64,000 bases of DNA from the human T2T-CHM13v2.0 reference genome, Homo sapiens. Under the pieces are notes generated by a model. It had not been told where the DNA came from. It worked only from the letters and a program-made list of their open reading frames with translations, and ran no database searches. The stretch is from NCBI RefSeq assembly GCF_009914755.1, contig NC_060929.1; one strand, given 5' to 3'. A program made the position numbers and the translations under genes. Shown piece by piece: positions 45,801 through 60,440 of the stretch (position 1 is its first letter; each line of letters opens with the position of its first letter).

Positions 45801-47796
45801 TAATCACATCCTTTGTGTTTCTCAGTTCCTAATTGCATTTTAAGATGGAAAACATATGGCTTCTGATATTTAAACTCCATTTTATATATGAAGAAAAAGA
45901 TAACAAGCATATAATGTAGCAACTACACTGATAAATTTGAAAATTCAGTGGAAAAAATTAATAAGCCAATAAAAACAAGCTTTTAATAATTAAAGAAAAT
46001 TATAATCTGCTGTAATATTTGACAAAAATTTCTATTTCATTTATGCAATGGAAAGTAATCTCTATGGCTATTGCAACATCTAACTTTCTCAATCTATAAT
46101 CATGGAAGTCCTATTTGGAAAAAAAGTTATTTCCACCCTGAACAAGGACCATGACAAGGGGAAAAAGTAATTAGAAGCTAGTGTAAAAGACCAGCTTTTG
46201 GTAATTTTGAGCTAATGAGATAGGTAGACTATGCAGGAAATTCAATTTGGCATTCAAAGATATATAGATAAAGAATTTAAAGAGAAATCAGTTTTCTAGC
46301 CCCCAAATAGTTTCTCAGATAAAGAAAGTAGAAAATTTTGACCCACAGCATGTTATTTTCAGACCAAATGAGATTTGTACTTTTTCCAAAGTGTTTTGTG
46401 CGTGTTTAAAGTTAGAAAGATGAAAACCCCATTAGCAATAGACTATTTTTCATGACTCAATTAATATCTAGCATTTGCAGGCTCTTCATAAGATAGGTGA
46501 TAGAAAGATCAATCCACAGTTTTATTCATAAAGGCAATTTGCCACAGATCTTTAGCATGTTAGCCAGCTAAGAAAGAAAAATAAGCAGTAAACGAAGGAG
46601 TGGTCATATAAGCACTATAGATAATTGGTTTCAGATGATCTTCTATTCTTTCTGTAAGAGTAAGTTCTCAAATGCAACAAAGCTTAAATTCCCCAAAATT
46701 AATAATTAGTTTAATAAACATTTTTAAGTAAAAGTTTTGTAAATAAAATTACTAGATATTATACCTAATAAATAAAAACTGGGGATGAACCTTATTTTTT
46801 AAAAGAAAAACATGTTTAAATCCAAGAGCTTCAGAATTAAAAATCATTCACAAGCATACAAAGAACCATGTATGTATATGTGATTCAAAACTGAACAAAC
46901 TAGGTTATCAAAAGTTTAAAAGAATGAAAAAATACCGAAAAGTCAGAAAATTATGCAGGAGAAACAAAGTTAGGATGGTGTGTGTTATCCTCCACTAACA
47001 CATACTTATTTTTGGAGCTTCTTCCTTATTTGACTTCTCTTTGAGTCATAGGCACAGTAGATACGAATAGACTTACAAGTACAACTCAGGAAATCCCAAA
47101 AAGCTAATAGGTATTACATGAGAAATTTTTAAACTTTGAAGTAATGTTTATAATAGGAATTAAAAAATATATCTTATGTTTGTTCAGCTGAACTTAGATT
47201 TATTTCCATAATAACCAATAAAATTAATGAAAATGAAAATATTCTAAAGCTGTTTAATATTCCAAATTTAGATAAACACGAAAAAATGTTTTACTAAACA
47301 CCTTTGCATTAAATCTATAATAAGCAATAATAATATACATGATTTGGAGACAGGCAATTCTTGAGCCTATCTATATGTATATCAGATATATAAATACAAT
47401 ATTTAAAACAATATAACCTGCCAGCTCTCTGCTCTTTGAAATTCTCTACCAACTTTAACTCAGAATTTGATTACTCAGAAGAAAATTATTGTTAAAAGTT
47501 GAAAGGATCTCTACAATGCCTATGCTAGTGATAGGTTTTTTCAGGCCTGGGAGAAATAGCCTCAAACTTGAGTCCGCAGGATATGTCTTCGGTGCAACAG
47601 TAAATGCTGTTTTGCCTCAAAGAGTAGTGGGAACGACAGGAAAAGAGTGAAGAGTGAACATGCTGGTCAGCATATAGAGCTGAATGTAAGACATCCTCTC
47701 ACAAGAACTGTGTTTCCAGCAAAATCCATTTACTTCATTTGATTGAAGGCTGAGCAGCACTATGGGAAGAGAGCCATGTTAGAAAGTGAGAGAATT

Positions 47797-48025
<229 letters not shown>

Positions 48026-51000
48026 AGTAAGAGAAGTAAATTCTGGTTATATCTTGGCCACTAAAGATACAGGACTACAACACTGAACTTCTCTGTATGC
48101 CAGTTTTCTCATTTGTAATGGGTTATGGTCAAATCAATTTAGAAAGTTGAAGGAATTATAGAGGAAACATCTATTAAACAAGAGAATAAATTTCAGTAGC
48201 ACGCTTCATTGCCTGCAATGTCATAACCGGAAGTAGTAATACTAAAGGAGGCTGGCAGTGATAGAAATTAGATCAGTGAAAAGGCAATAAAGAGAAGGGG
48301 CAAGAGACAAACCTTAGAGCCATTTGACCTCATTTATGGAGTGTGGAAAATGATGAAGGTAATTTCTTAGTCCAACCATTTCTACCATCAGCCAGCAGGT
48401 ATCACAAGGCAGAATGCAAAAGGTTTTCTTTTCCAAGACTATGAAGGCAAAGCTAGTAATTTATCAACCGTGTTCCATTTGGATATTTCATAGAAAGAAC
48501 TATTTATTAATAGATCTCTTTCTCAGTAATGCCATCCAAATAGAAACAGTGTGAACATTTTAAACTAAATTATTAAGTAAAAAAAGTTTTAGTTTGATTT
48601 ATAAGTCTCTTTTCAAACACTGTTACTCTTAAACTTTGTAGAAAATTCAAAGTCATGTGTTTTTAGCATTTAAACCAAGGGTAGACCATGTATTTTAGAT
48701 GATTAGGAAGAAAACTAGATGCTGTTATAAATATAGTTTAAAGAGACAAAAATAGATTCACCAAAATAAATAAATAAATAAAGTTTTCCAGATTATCCAC
48801 AATACCACATGAAACAAGAAGGTATTTTCATAGTAATATTTCCATGAGACTGTAAAGAATAATTCCACCCATTTTTATACTAGAATTCTAACAATTCTGG
48901 TCATGAGAGGTGTTCTAAGCCATGGTTTCTGTAAATGGTACAATTTTATTTTATTTTTTGCCTTGTTGTTTTGAAATGAGATTGGCTATGTGCCTGGTGC
49001 TTTTTATAAGAATACATTTCTCAGTAATATCTGAATAATTTAGCTTTATTATATAGTATTTACAGGAACAACAGTAGATATTCATTTAAAACAGCATTTA
49101 ATTCTATACACAGTCTCTAGTTCTTTCCCCTTTCCCTTGACTGTCAACGGAAAAATCACTATAAAATTTGAGGCATTAATAAATTACTAAATGTTTCTTT
49201 TCCTTTTCTCTAAGGTTAACTTACTTGTTTTTCAATTCAACATTTGTTAGGTTCTTCGATTCCAAGATTAATTTTTTGTTGCTCTAATGTAATGTTGCAT
49301 ATTCATTTGCAAAACAAAGACACATGGGCAAAAACTTCTGCAATATTGTCTGTCTAGGGACAGCTCTGAGGATTACAATATGTTCAGCTCTCAATTTTTT
49401 GAAACAACTTAGGGATGCAGTCTTTAGTTGAATTTCAAGATGGATTCTAATTTTTACATGGATCCTTCTGGCAAGGAAATTCTGAGTACCTTAAGGAACT
49501 GAAATAAAAAGTATAAGGCATGGATTCTTGAAATCCCCCCTCCATCTAGATGAAAATGAGCATAGGAAAACATATTGTGATAATCCAAAACATTCATTAT
49601 GAAAATCATGTAAGATTTGAAACTCTCTCTGCAAGCTGCATTTGATTACAAACTTCTCTTGGGACTATGCCTAGGTATTCTTGGGCTTGTAACCAGACTA
49701 CATTGCTTAGCCTACCAGCCATCACTTAACATGTTTTAATATCATTCAATGCCACAAGACCTATACTGTGCAAAAGTCCACATTTGATACACTCTCCACA
49801 GAGTCCTGATTTTTTTTCCCCAAAATTCCATATTAAACTTAGTAGCAACGTTAAAAATTCTCACTGTCCATATCTTCTATGATATTGCTGCTTTTTTTAG
49901 TTTTCTGAAAGTTCTGCTCGTTCTTCCATTAGCATTCCATTGATATTATATCTCCATGCCCAATGTTGAACTACAGGTATCTGATGGCAATGCTAGCTCT
50001 ATTTACACTGCAGAGGGTCATATCTTCACTCACCCAGCAAGAACAGTAAAAAGTGGCCTGGAATGAGGAGAGATCTGAAGGAGGAAAGAAATAAGCAAAG
50101 GGGAGGAGAAGGGTCAGAGAGAATATTCTTACTTGAATTCTGTTCTATTGTATTCAATGATCACGCATATTCATCAGCAACACTCTATATTCAGAAAATG
50201 TGCCCCATCATGGTATGGTTTGATGTATGAAACTAGAAGGTACCCAGTCATAAGGGAAATTTGTAAAGAGGCCCTTAGATTCATATAGCAAAGGGTAGGC
50301 AAGGAGGAATTTTAGATTAATATTTCTATAAAACGTCACTTTTGTATAACTTAATACTTCTGTTTCAATCTTTAGTTCTTCTATAATTCTTAGAGGGCAA
50401 TGACAAGCTTTTCATTCTGGAATTCAAGATCTTTCCAGTTTGACTCTGAACTACTTTTCCAGTTTTACTTCTACTTCTCATAAAAACTAGACAATTTTAC
50501 AACTTTGCTTTAGATATCCCTTTTGTCTCTTTATTTTCCCCCTAGAACACCCTCCCCAGGCTTTTCTTTTTATTTATTCAAACCTCATTAATCTTTCAAG
50601 GCACATTTCAAATGCTTCTGAAATGCCTTTCCCATTAAACTCAACTGTATTTAAAAAGTAGAATTTGCTCTCTTCACCTGGATAAGTCTGGCCTCACCTT
50701 CTTTTGAAGTTCTATAATCCTGTATAATATTTATTTATTCATTCAAAAAGTGCTTCCTCAGTTCCTACTTGTACAACAGTACACACTTGTATAAGCAGCA
50801 AAAATATAGGCCTTCCAGGTTACATGCTAGAAAATTAAGGCAATCACATGCAACTATACTATAAGTGATAATGTAAATGGTATAGGTAAAGGGTAAACAG
50901 AGTGCTATAAAGCATCAGGGGAAAAAAACTTGATTTAGACAGAGGCAATAGATGTCATTTTAGCAGAAAATCCTAAAGTATTTCTTGAGTTCAGTTTCCC

Positions 51001-51064
51001 CTCATGTTACTTTTCATATAGTGCACTATGGAATTTTATTTTCACTTTGCTTGCATTCCATCTG

Positions 51065-51645
51065 TGGTTTATTAGTTCGTTTTGAATGTGGGGACTTTCT
51101 CAATTTACCTCCAGCTGGAAGTAACAGGAAACCTTGACAGCTGGCTTACACAACAAGAAGATGTACTTAAAAAATACAGGAAACCTAGACAAAGTGTGAT
51201 GCTGGGTTGGTTCAGAGAGTGGCTCACCTCTGCTCCATCATCAGAAGACTCTTGGCTGTTCTTGGACCTTCTCCTCCCATGTCTACAAGATGATTGCAAT
51301 AGTTGTGAGCTTCACATCTAAACAGGACTATGTCCAGAAGAAGAGGGAGGACATTCATTTTTTGTTCCTCCTTTTACGAATAAATAAGCCCTTCCCAGGA
51401 ACCTAGCAGCAGACTATTTAATAACTAAAATTGTCTCACAGGCTGATGTCTAAGCCATCATTGGCAAAGGAAGGGGGGCATCAAATTGGTTAGACAAATT
51501 AAAAGCCTCTTTTTGACCAAAAGGAGAGCAGAACCAGCCTTTCCTGAGCACATGGCTGCCTAGAGGAAGATGAACATCTGGACAATATTAAGAGGGAGGG
51601 AATAGATTTTGAAGAGACTGTCAAATAGTCTGTCTCAGGGACAGT
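51065..51645 (-). mobile_element. Old MLT1 LTR
   Basis: gtaacaggaaaccttgacagctggctta; caagatgattgc; ctaagccatcattggcaaagg. Confidence 0.5.
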
Positions 51646-52814
51646 TATGTGATAACTCACTATCCTAAAGGATGCTTCTAAAGTGCCTTGCTTATAGCAT
51701 GAATTTATTAAATATTTGTTATTTTTAGTCAAGTAAGAGAAAGAGAATCAAATTCATCCTCTTTAAACTCCATTCATCAACAGACAAGCAAAGGATCAGC
51801 ACACAAATGAACCCAAGACACTGGCTTACTAATCAAGTGTGGCAAACAGAAAACCAATAACTGCCCTCACTGCCATCCCAGAGACAGAAAAAAAAGAGAC
51901 ACAGAAAGGCTTTGTGGCTTTTAGAAATCATAGGCCTAATTAGAATTATTCTAGTGATAGACATAAACTCCAAGAGTCTTGTGTAACCAAGACCAGCTTA
52001 GCCCAACTTGGTTAAGTTTGCCTTTAGTTCTATTCACGATTCTTTGAGCATCAATCCCACTGAACTTGGTTAAAAAAAAAATCATGTATTTAATTTCTCC
52101 AAAAATTATAATTCTACAAGTTTAAACAGTGCAATATAAAATCATTAGGTGCCTTCTATTTGTTTGTATACACATATATCGGCAGTATGACATCTTACAC
52201 AAATGCACTACTGATTTGAATAATCTTTCTTCTCTTTGAGGAAATTATTTAAATCATGAATCATAAAAATGTCCTCAGAAGAAAAAAAATCATTCTATAA
52301 TTACTTCCAAGAATGAAATATAACAATACAGCCTTTTTCTCTACATCTTAGCCTTCACAACACTATGATAAATGGGTATTTTCAAACCCATATAACAGAT
52401 GTGGAATGTGAGGTTTAAGGACGTTAAATGCATATTCTGAAGTCACATATCTATAAATCAGGAAGCTGGGACTTATATCCAGGTATGCCATATTCCAAAG
52501 CCCAAACTTTTAACTGTCATTCTATAATCTTTTATAATATTTTTACTTACTTGTGGTAAATTTTATTTAAGTGAAATCTGATGTAACCATGAATGAGCCA
52601 CAGAACATGTTAATTCACTGATTCAGTCTGTTCCCAGAAAAATAATGTGACACCCCTTAATTCTTGCATGGAATGAAGAAAATAATTCTATACTATATGA
52701 ACTTCAAACCGAATAATTATCTCCATCTAAATACAAATAAAGATGCTCCCCATCATAAAAGGCATCATGACATGAGCCTTATTTGAAATGATAAGAATTA
52801 TTGCATTTAGTTTC

Positions 52815-54560
52815 CTAGAAGTTTAAAGTGGATCTACATGGAAACCAGTCTCTCACTTTGACTGACAGCCACCTTTCCCTGTATTTTCCTGCATTATTGC
52901 ATGTCTCAAGACAATCCATACTCAACACAGAACCAGTGTGATTTTTAAAAACACAAATCACTTCTCTGATGTTAGCAGGCTCACTGTGGAGCTGAATTCC
53001 CACCCCACCCAGCAGCAATGTGGTGAAACTAGCAAGATTAGTTGGCACCTCACTTCTCCCCAGCCCTGCCAGTGTCAGCAGGACTCAACAAGGAGCAAAA
53101 CTTTCACCCTCAGCAGGAAGCAATGAGGCAGTGCAAGCTCTGCTTTCACCAGGGAGGTGTCAGTAGAGACCAGCAGGCAGCAAAGTTTTCACACCCACCC
53201 TCCACAATGAGGCAGAGTAAGGTGATGAAAATTAATACCTTGTTTATGCCAGAGTTGGGACAGCAGATCTCAAGCAGGGAGCTAACTCTCCACTCCCAAT
53301 TGAACCTGCATGTTACACCTGAGCATGGTGATTTCCTATGAATTAAAGAACATTCAGTAACATTCAGAACCTCACAAACATAATGCCCAAAATGTCCAGG
53401 ATACAATTGCAAATCATTCACTAAACCTAAAACAAAGGAAATCTCAACTGGGATGGGAAAAGACAATCAATTGATGGCAATGCTAAGATGATACAAATGT
53501 TGTAATTATGATAGCTGATTTTTAAAGCAGGTATCATAAAAATGCTTCAATTAATTATAGCATACAAACTAAAACAAATGAAAAACATAGAAAAATCTCA
53601 GCAAATAAATAGAAAATGCAAAGAGAAGTGAAAAGTTTAAAACTAGAAAATACAGTAATCAAAATGTTAAAACTCATTGGTTGACTCAATAGTGAAATAA
53701 ATATACAGAGAAAAGAATCAATAACTTTAAAGGTGGAATAATGGAAATTTCTGGATCCAAAAAACAGAGAGAAATTAGACTGAAGAGAAATAAACAAATA
53801 TCAGGAAGCTGAGGGACAATAAAAAAAGATCTAACTTGCATATTATTGAGAAGTCAATAAGCAGTGTGTAGCTGAAAAAGTATTTGATGAAATAATGGCT
53901 AAAAATTTTCAAATTTGGTGAAAGACATAAACTTATATATCCAAGAGTAAACCACAAACAGGATAAACCCAAAGAAATCCATGCCAAGATATATCATACA
54001 CCATCCTCAAAGAACTAAAGAAAAAAAAGAACCTTGAAAACAGTGAAAGAAATGACACATTACTTACAGAGGAGTCATTATTTGAATGACAGTAGGTTTA
54101 TCATCCTGAACTACAGGAGCCACAAGGAAGGGACATAATGTTTTTGAAATGCAAAAAAACAGTCAATCCTGAAGTTTACACCCAGCATTCCTTTTTTAGG
54201 AATGAAGATAAAATCAAGACATCTTCAGATGAAGGAAAACTAAGACAATTTGTCATCAACAGACCGACTCTAAAAGAATGTTCTTCCAACATAAATGAAA
54301 TGAATTAAGAAGGAAATTGTAACATTAAGAATGAAGAAATAACTATGAAAAGAGCCAAAAAATGGATCACTAAAACAAACTATCTTTCTTCTTCTGAGTT
54401 TTCTAAATTATATTGAGACAGTTCAAGAAAAATTACATTGTCTGATGTGGTTCTCAATGTAAGTAGAGGAAATATTTAAGCAACAATGATATAAAGAAGA
54501 GTGGGTAAAGGGACCTATATCCAGATAAGTCTTCTACTCTTTACTTGAAGTGGGAAAATG
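52815..54560 (+). mobile_element. Old L1M 5'UTR and degenerate ORF1
   Basis: cataatgcccaaaatgtccaggatacaat; gaaataatggctaaaaattttcaaatttggtgaaagacataaac; ttcagatgaaggaaaactaag. Confidence 0.7.
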
Positions 54561-54569
54561 CCCCTAGCA

Positions 54570-55265
54570 GAGTGTGATCAAAATATAAATCAGATTATAT
54601 CACTTTCTTGATCAAACTTCTTAATTCTGATATCTTAAAAAGTAATCATCAGATTTTTTTATTTTAATATTCCAACTGCTGCAAGAGTACTATGAAACTG
54701 GCTCTTTGTCATTCACCCTTCAATGGATTTCCATTGCATTTTGAATAAACTCAAACTCCTTAATCTGACCTAAAATGAGATTCTGGCCATTTCTAACCTC
54801 TCTGATATCATTTATTAGCACAGTAGCTCCTAGCACTACCCTCAAACCATAGCAGGTTCCTTCTTCTCCTGGTCTGTACCAACTCATTTCCCTTGTTGGG
54901 CCTTTGCACTTGTTTTGCCCATCATTTGGAAATCTTTACCCCAGGCTTCGCACAGTCAGCTTCTAGGAATTATTCACTGCTCAAATCACATCCACAGTGA
55001 TCTCTCCTGACTACCTAATCTAAAACAGATTCCCTCAATTCTTACACACCACCTCTCTTTCATTGTCTTCACGGCACTGTCACCTTTAAAAATTATCTTG
55101 TTCATTTACCTGTGTGCTCTTTTGTTTTGTCTATTTCCTTTTCCTAGAACATAAGCTCCATGAAAGCAAGGACCTGGCTTATCTTGTTCACTGCTGAATT
55201 TTCAGCACATAAAGCAGTTCATAGCACAGAACAGATACAAAACAAGTATTTGTTGAATACATGAA
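54570..55265 (+). mobile_element. L2 3' region
   Basis: tagaacataagctccatgaaagcaagg...gtatttgttgaatacatgaat. Confidence 0.7.
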
Positions 55266-55797
55266 TATCTATTGTTTTCTCTAAAAATCTGTTTAGATAA
55301 GGATGGCAAATGTGAAATTCAAACTGTTGTATAGACAAAAGACTGGATTGTTTTTACCAGTATTAACTTAGAAACATTTTTCATAAGCAACATTTCCAAA
55401 ATCTTTCTACCTATCTCTGTAGAAATAGCAAGAAGCATTTTAATGTGAGCATATCTTTAAAAATAAGTATAAAAAACAGATTTGGTTTCAGCAATATTTT
55501 TGCCCTTCACATTTGGGAAACATTCTTTCTTATCTACAAAACTGAAAAGAGAAAATCCTTGTGAATTTATGTGTACTGCTTTTTCTATCTTAATGTATTT
55601 CTACCGTGCCATAGAGCATTAAATTTAAGAAAATTATGGTGGGCCTAGAGCAGGAACTGATAACTAGTTAATACATCTGACCTCCATAATCTTCCACTAT
55701 CTTAAATATCTCATAGTGCAAAATATATTGCATTTTATTACAACTCACCAGATCATAAATGATTCTATGTGTTCATGAATATTGTCTAAATTGACCA

Positions 55798-56339
55798 ATA
55801 TCTTAGTCTGATTTCCCCAGGAAGCAGAGCCTGAAACAAAAACTTCAGTCTGAATATTTTATTAGAGTGCAAACCCAGGCAAATACAAGTGAGAGAGAGA
55901 GGAGTGAGCCAGAGAGGAACAGAAGAACTAATAATTGGATGTTTTACAGAGCTGGTATCAAATGCAACTCACTTTATCAAGTGAAAAAGATCCCACATGT
56001 TCACTACCAAAGTGGTAATTCTCTCTAGGTCTAGGAAAGGGGAAAAATTTACCCACTTGATCTAGCCTCCATTGGTCATAGATTTGTTCTTCAGAGCGGA
56101 AATTTCTAGCTCCCAGTCTTCTGTTCCTCCTCTCCCTGCATCTGGACTTCCGGATTGTACTCACATAAATGCTCAGCAGCTCCTTTGGGGTCTTATATGT
56201 CAGTATCAGCAAGGAAGCCCCCGGGCAGTAAGTGGGCATGGTCAGATTGTCTTTGTGAAATATGTTGGAGCTCAAACAGAACTGGCCACGTCAGCTGCTC
56301 TGGGACAGGACAAGGTAACAGAGACATGTAAGAACTACA
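55798..56339 (-). mobile_element. LTR16-like ERVL LTR
   Basis: tcttagtctgatttccccaggaagcagagcctgaaacaa. Confidence 0.55.
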
Positions 56340-57275
56340 GATCCCAGATATGTCTGATTCATCCACCCACTCCACTCGTTAGTGCTGACTAAACCTGTAA
56401 TCTTATTATAAACCTAGGAAAAGCCATGATCAGTGAACAAGATTTAGAGCAGTAGAATAGGAAATGTCTACCCTTAGGGAAAAGGAGCTCCATTTGATAA
56501 CTGCCAGTTCTGTGACAAGTACTGGGCTGAGCACTGGCTCCAGCACTTCCCGTATATTACCTTTAGAGCAGGAGACAGCATCCTTCTGCTCTGGAATACT
56601 GGCTTTGCTGTTGAGCAGTGCTCTTAACACTTCTGGAAATCAGGAAGGCTTTGAGCATCAGAGTGCAGAGAAAGAGAGATGGAAACGAAAAGAGGAAATA
56701 GTAGAGCAGAATGGGCAGCAGGAAGAACTAAGCATTTCAAATAGCTGTAGAGTGTACTGCCCCTAAGTACTCTAGGAGCTATTCAGACATTTGTGTCACT
56801 GATATTCAAGCTGTGGCCTTGAAAAGAAGACCCAGAGAAAAGAGGAAAGTGAACAATCACTTAGGAGACAGGGACAATTCAAATCAGGTATTAAATTCAA
56901 ACAAGAAAACACAAGTGAACCTTAACAAAAATAATTTTTAAAACTTAACTCAAAGCAAGTACCATAAAAGAATCTCTAATAAATATAAGCCACAATATTA
57001 TTTAAACAGGTCTGAAGACCTTGCATAATTAATTTGAGATGGAAAAGGATACCATCATTATCTTGATGGTTTTTCATAAAATTCTAAGAGATAAAAGGAA
57101 TCATGGGACCCCAACTCTTCATAAGCCCAGAGTTCTAGTCATGGGACTCCAGCTCTTCAACTACGGAGGATGTAACTATAAACTAGACAGATCAAGTGAC
57201 TTGTCCAAAGTAGAGGAAGCTGGTGGCTACACCAGACCAGAACACAAGTCTCAATGTCAGTGCATTTCTTTACGT

Positions 57276-57555
57276 TTTTAAATTTTATTTTTAATTGACA
57301 TATAATAATTGTACCTATTTATGGGGTACATAGTGATGTCTTCATTCGTATCTAGTGCGTATCCACCATCTGAAACATGTATTATTTCTTTGTGTTAGGA
57401 ATATTTAATATCCTCCTTCTAGCTATTTGAAACGGTATATTATTGTTAACTATAGTCATCCAGTGCCATAGAACCCTAGAACTTATTCCTTCTATCTAGC
57501 TGTAATTTTGTATGCTTTAACAAATCTCTCCCTATCCGCCTTCTCCATGCCCATT
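57276..57555 (-). mobile_element. L1MA 3' end
   Basis: ttttaattgacatataataattgtacctatttatggggtaca...tattgttaactatagtcatcc. Confidence 0.8.
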
Positions 57556-59489
57556 TTCAATCAGGTTATTTAACTTTACTAGGAGAAATACAAAGCAAAC
57601 ATTTTCCTCCACTGGGAAAAACTAAATTAATAGAAAGGGTGAAAATGGGCTTTCAATTATTTTTAAGTTATTTATATATAGGATTAATAATGTTTTAGGC
57701 AAAAACTCACTTGTAAAAAAAAGTCGTAGTACCTTTTGATATTTGAGTACACGTTTTTTTTTAGTACTAACAAGAGATTCATTGACCTGATGTGAAAGTG
57801 CTAACTAAAATCAAACCCAGGAAGGACTGTCTGCTACTCATTGCTCTGTTTTCTCCTATTCAAAGGCTCTCATAAGTGCTAAATCTATATCTATTCATAG
57901 AACGATGAACTGCCAGCCTGTGCTCTAATGTACCACATTATCTACATTGACCAGGTCTCTGCAGAATCTTGGCAAGGATTCCTTCACCTGTTAGGAAACT
58001 AATTCATTGCAGTCAGACACATATCTATGCTTAACTTATGTCTATTGGACAAAAGGTTATTAAACAGAATGAATGTGAAGATTACATTAAAAGGTCTGAC
58101 AGAAGGCAGAACTTCAGGGTTGAGACTTCATCCTCCCTTGAACACCAGCCATTGCAGCTACCTGAGGAGCCCTGAGCAAACATAGCCTGCTAGCGCAGCG
58201 ATCACCTCTGTTGGGCAGGAGCAGAGGGTTAAAGACCTAAAAAAAATCTTGCCCTATGTCAAACAGGAGAATAAACAACCTTATTTTTGTTTTGTTTCAA
58301 TACATTGGTAGTGTTCCTTTTTCTACACAGTTGCTGTTCTAAAACCTGCCTGTGCTGCAAGGGTCCTGGAGGAAACCTGAGGCAACTGGCCTGATTTGCA
58401 TTGACTCCTGGTGACCTCCCTGCAGGCAAAGCCCTACGGACACCCTCTGGAAGTACAGGCAGAGTTTAAAACACAGGTTCTGCCTGTATGATATTTTTAA
58501 ATTGTCAGAGTTAGGAGAAAGAGAAGCAAAAATGATTACTAAAATGATTCATTTTCTTCTAAAGTGCCTCAAGAGTCTCCAGAAATATTTAGCAACACTC
58601 CCACTGCATTTGTATTATTTAGATTTATTTTACTTGGAATAAAGTCATTTCTTTCCAACCCACATGTCCAAGGCATTCTCATTATCCTCAGAGCAGTCAC
58701 ATGACAGATGGTAATGGCTTCTTCTGTGCTAGAGAATGTCAATTGTCAAACTGTGGGGAGATTTTACATTGTGGTCAAAACCTGCCAAAGAGAATTGCAT
58801 CAGTCTTTTAAATGTGGCAAAAGGCTTGACCCTGCTATCTCATCAAAAGATCCAGTACTCACAATTGGGAGTTACATACTGTAGAAGGATATAACTATAT
58901 CTAAGATATTTAGGGAACATCTGAATTCTTTTCCATCTGATATTTGTGTGATTCAGAAAAGGGCAATTGGGCAGGGGAGATTTTTTAGTAGTTGTGGTTG
59001 TTATTGTTTTCATATGTTTGATTGGCTAGTTGCTTGTTTTTTCCTCCTGAGTTATATGCAAAGTTGTGCATGTAAATACAAGCTATTTTAGATGAGGGCT
59101 ATTTTAACAAAGCACACATAGAAACTTCTTTTTTTTTTTTTTCCTGCAGAAATTAAATCTCTAACAAGAACCCTAACAAGAGCCTCTGGAGTACAGAGGA
59201 CAAGAGTTATTAATTTTATTTTATGGATGGTGGAACCACAATAAACTGTAACCTCTAAAAATAAATGCTTGTTGAAATTATCTGAGACAAATCTAAAGTC
59301 TGAGTTTCATTGACATCAGTAGGAACACAGAAATAGACCTTATGGCTTGGGTAAATACAAGCTATCGTCTGAGTTTTTCCTTAGTCTAAACATAAGCTTC
59401 ACCATTTACTCACCTATTTGTAAAACTCAGACAGTTCTGCAAGTATATTCTCTATAAATAAGAATCTTCCTGATTTAATTTCAATAACT

Positions 59490-60440
59490 TAGTTTGGCAA
59501 AAATTTCTTGAGCACCTACTAAGCTCTAGTGACACAAAGATTAATAAGATCAAGATGTGTGTACAGCTTACTTTAATAAAGATCAAGTGCTATTTAGGAA
59601 TATAAGCAAAATATCTTGAGATCAAAGATGATGGAATGATCAGGAAAGTTTTCATATGAAAAACAAGATTTTGACTGTGTCTTTAAAAGAAATGTGGCTT
59701 CCCCAGGTGGAGATAGTAGATGTGGAAGGTCATTTAAAGCAGTAATAAGAATATGAAGGTGTGAAAGTGCACAGCATATTTGGAAATACTTAGAAAATGC
59801 AAGTGATTTCTCACATGACATAGGGAGATAATGTGGATGAGAAACCAGAAAAATTGGCTAAACAACAGTGAGGAGCTTTTATTTTATTCTGACACAGAGA
59901 GGAGCTACAAGGGTGTTTACTTCTATACTCATCTGTTTGTTTTAAGAAAAGGTGCTACATATGTAATCCATCTGGGTATTGAGAAAATAACCTTGATAGT
60001 AATGAAAAAAATAAATTTGAGGGGAGAGACATTGAGTCTGGAAAAATGAGTTTTACTATATTCTGCACTAGAGGAATTATGTAAATAAAGAAAAAGACAA
60101 AATTTGAAAGTAAAGAAACTTTGTAACTAATAGGATGTGGGATTGGAGGAAAAGAAAACACTCAGAAATTAAAAAAAAAAAAAAAGGTTTACAGCATGGG
60201 CAACCATAGTAGCAATGATATTAACCCAAAGGGCTAATGTAGGAATTGTATGAGAAGTTAATGTGTTTGGTTTGAGATATCTTGAATTTGAGAGACCTGA
60301 GGCAGAAAACTTGTGACAATCGTAATTCTGTATTGGTTTTGTACTGATGAGTGAATTTGGAGTTGGAGATTTAGATTTGAGGGTCACAAACCTAAGTGAC
60401 AGTGAAAACAAGGGAGTGAATGAGACCCCCAGAGGAGGGG
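59490..60440 (-). mobile_element. L2 relic
   Basis: ttgagcacctactaagctc; ggagttggagatttagatttgagggtca. Confidence 0.55.

Noticed and set aside
58195-58220. CTCF-like motif (and a similar one near 61920)
   Set aside because: Several mismatches at core consensus positions
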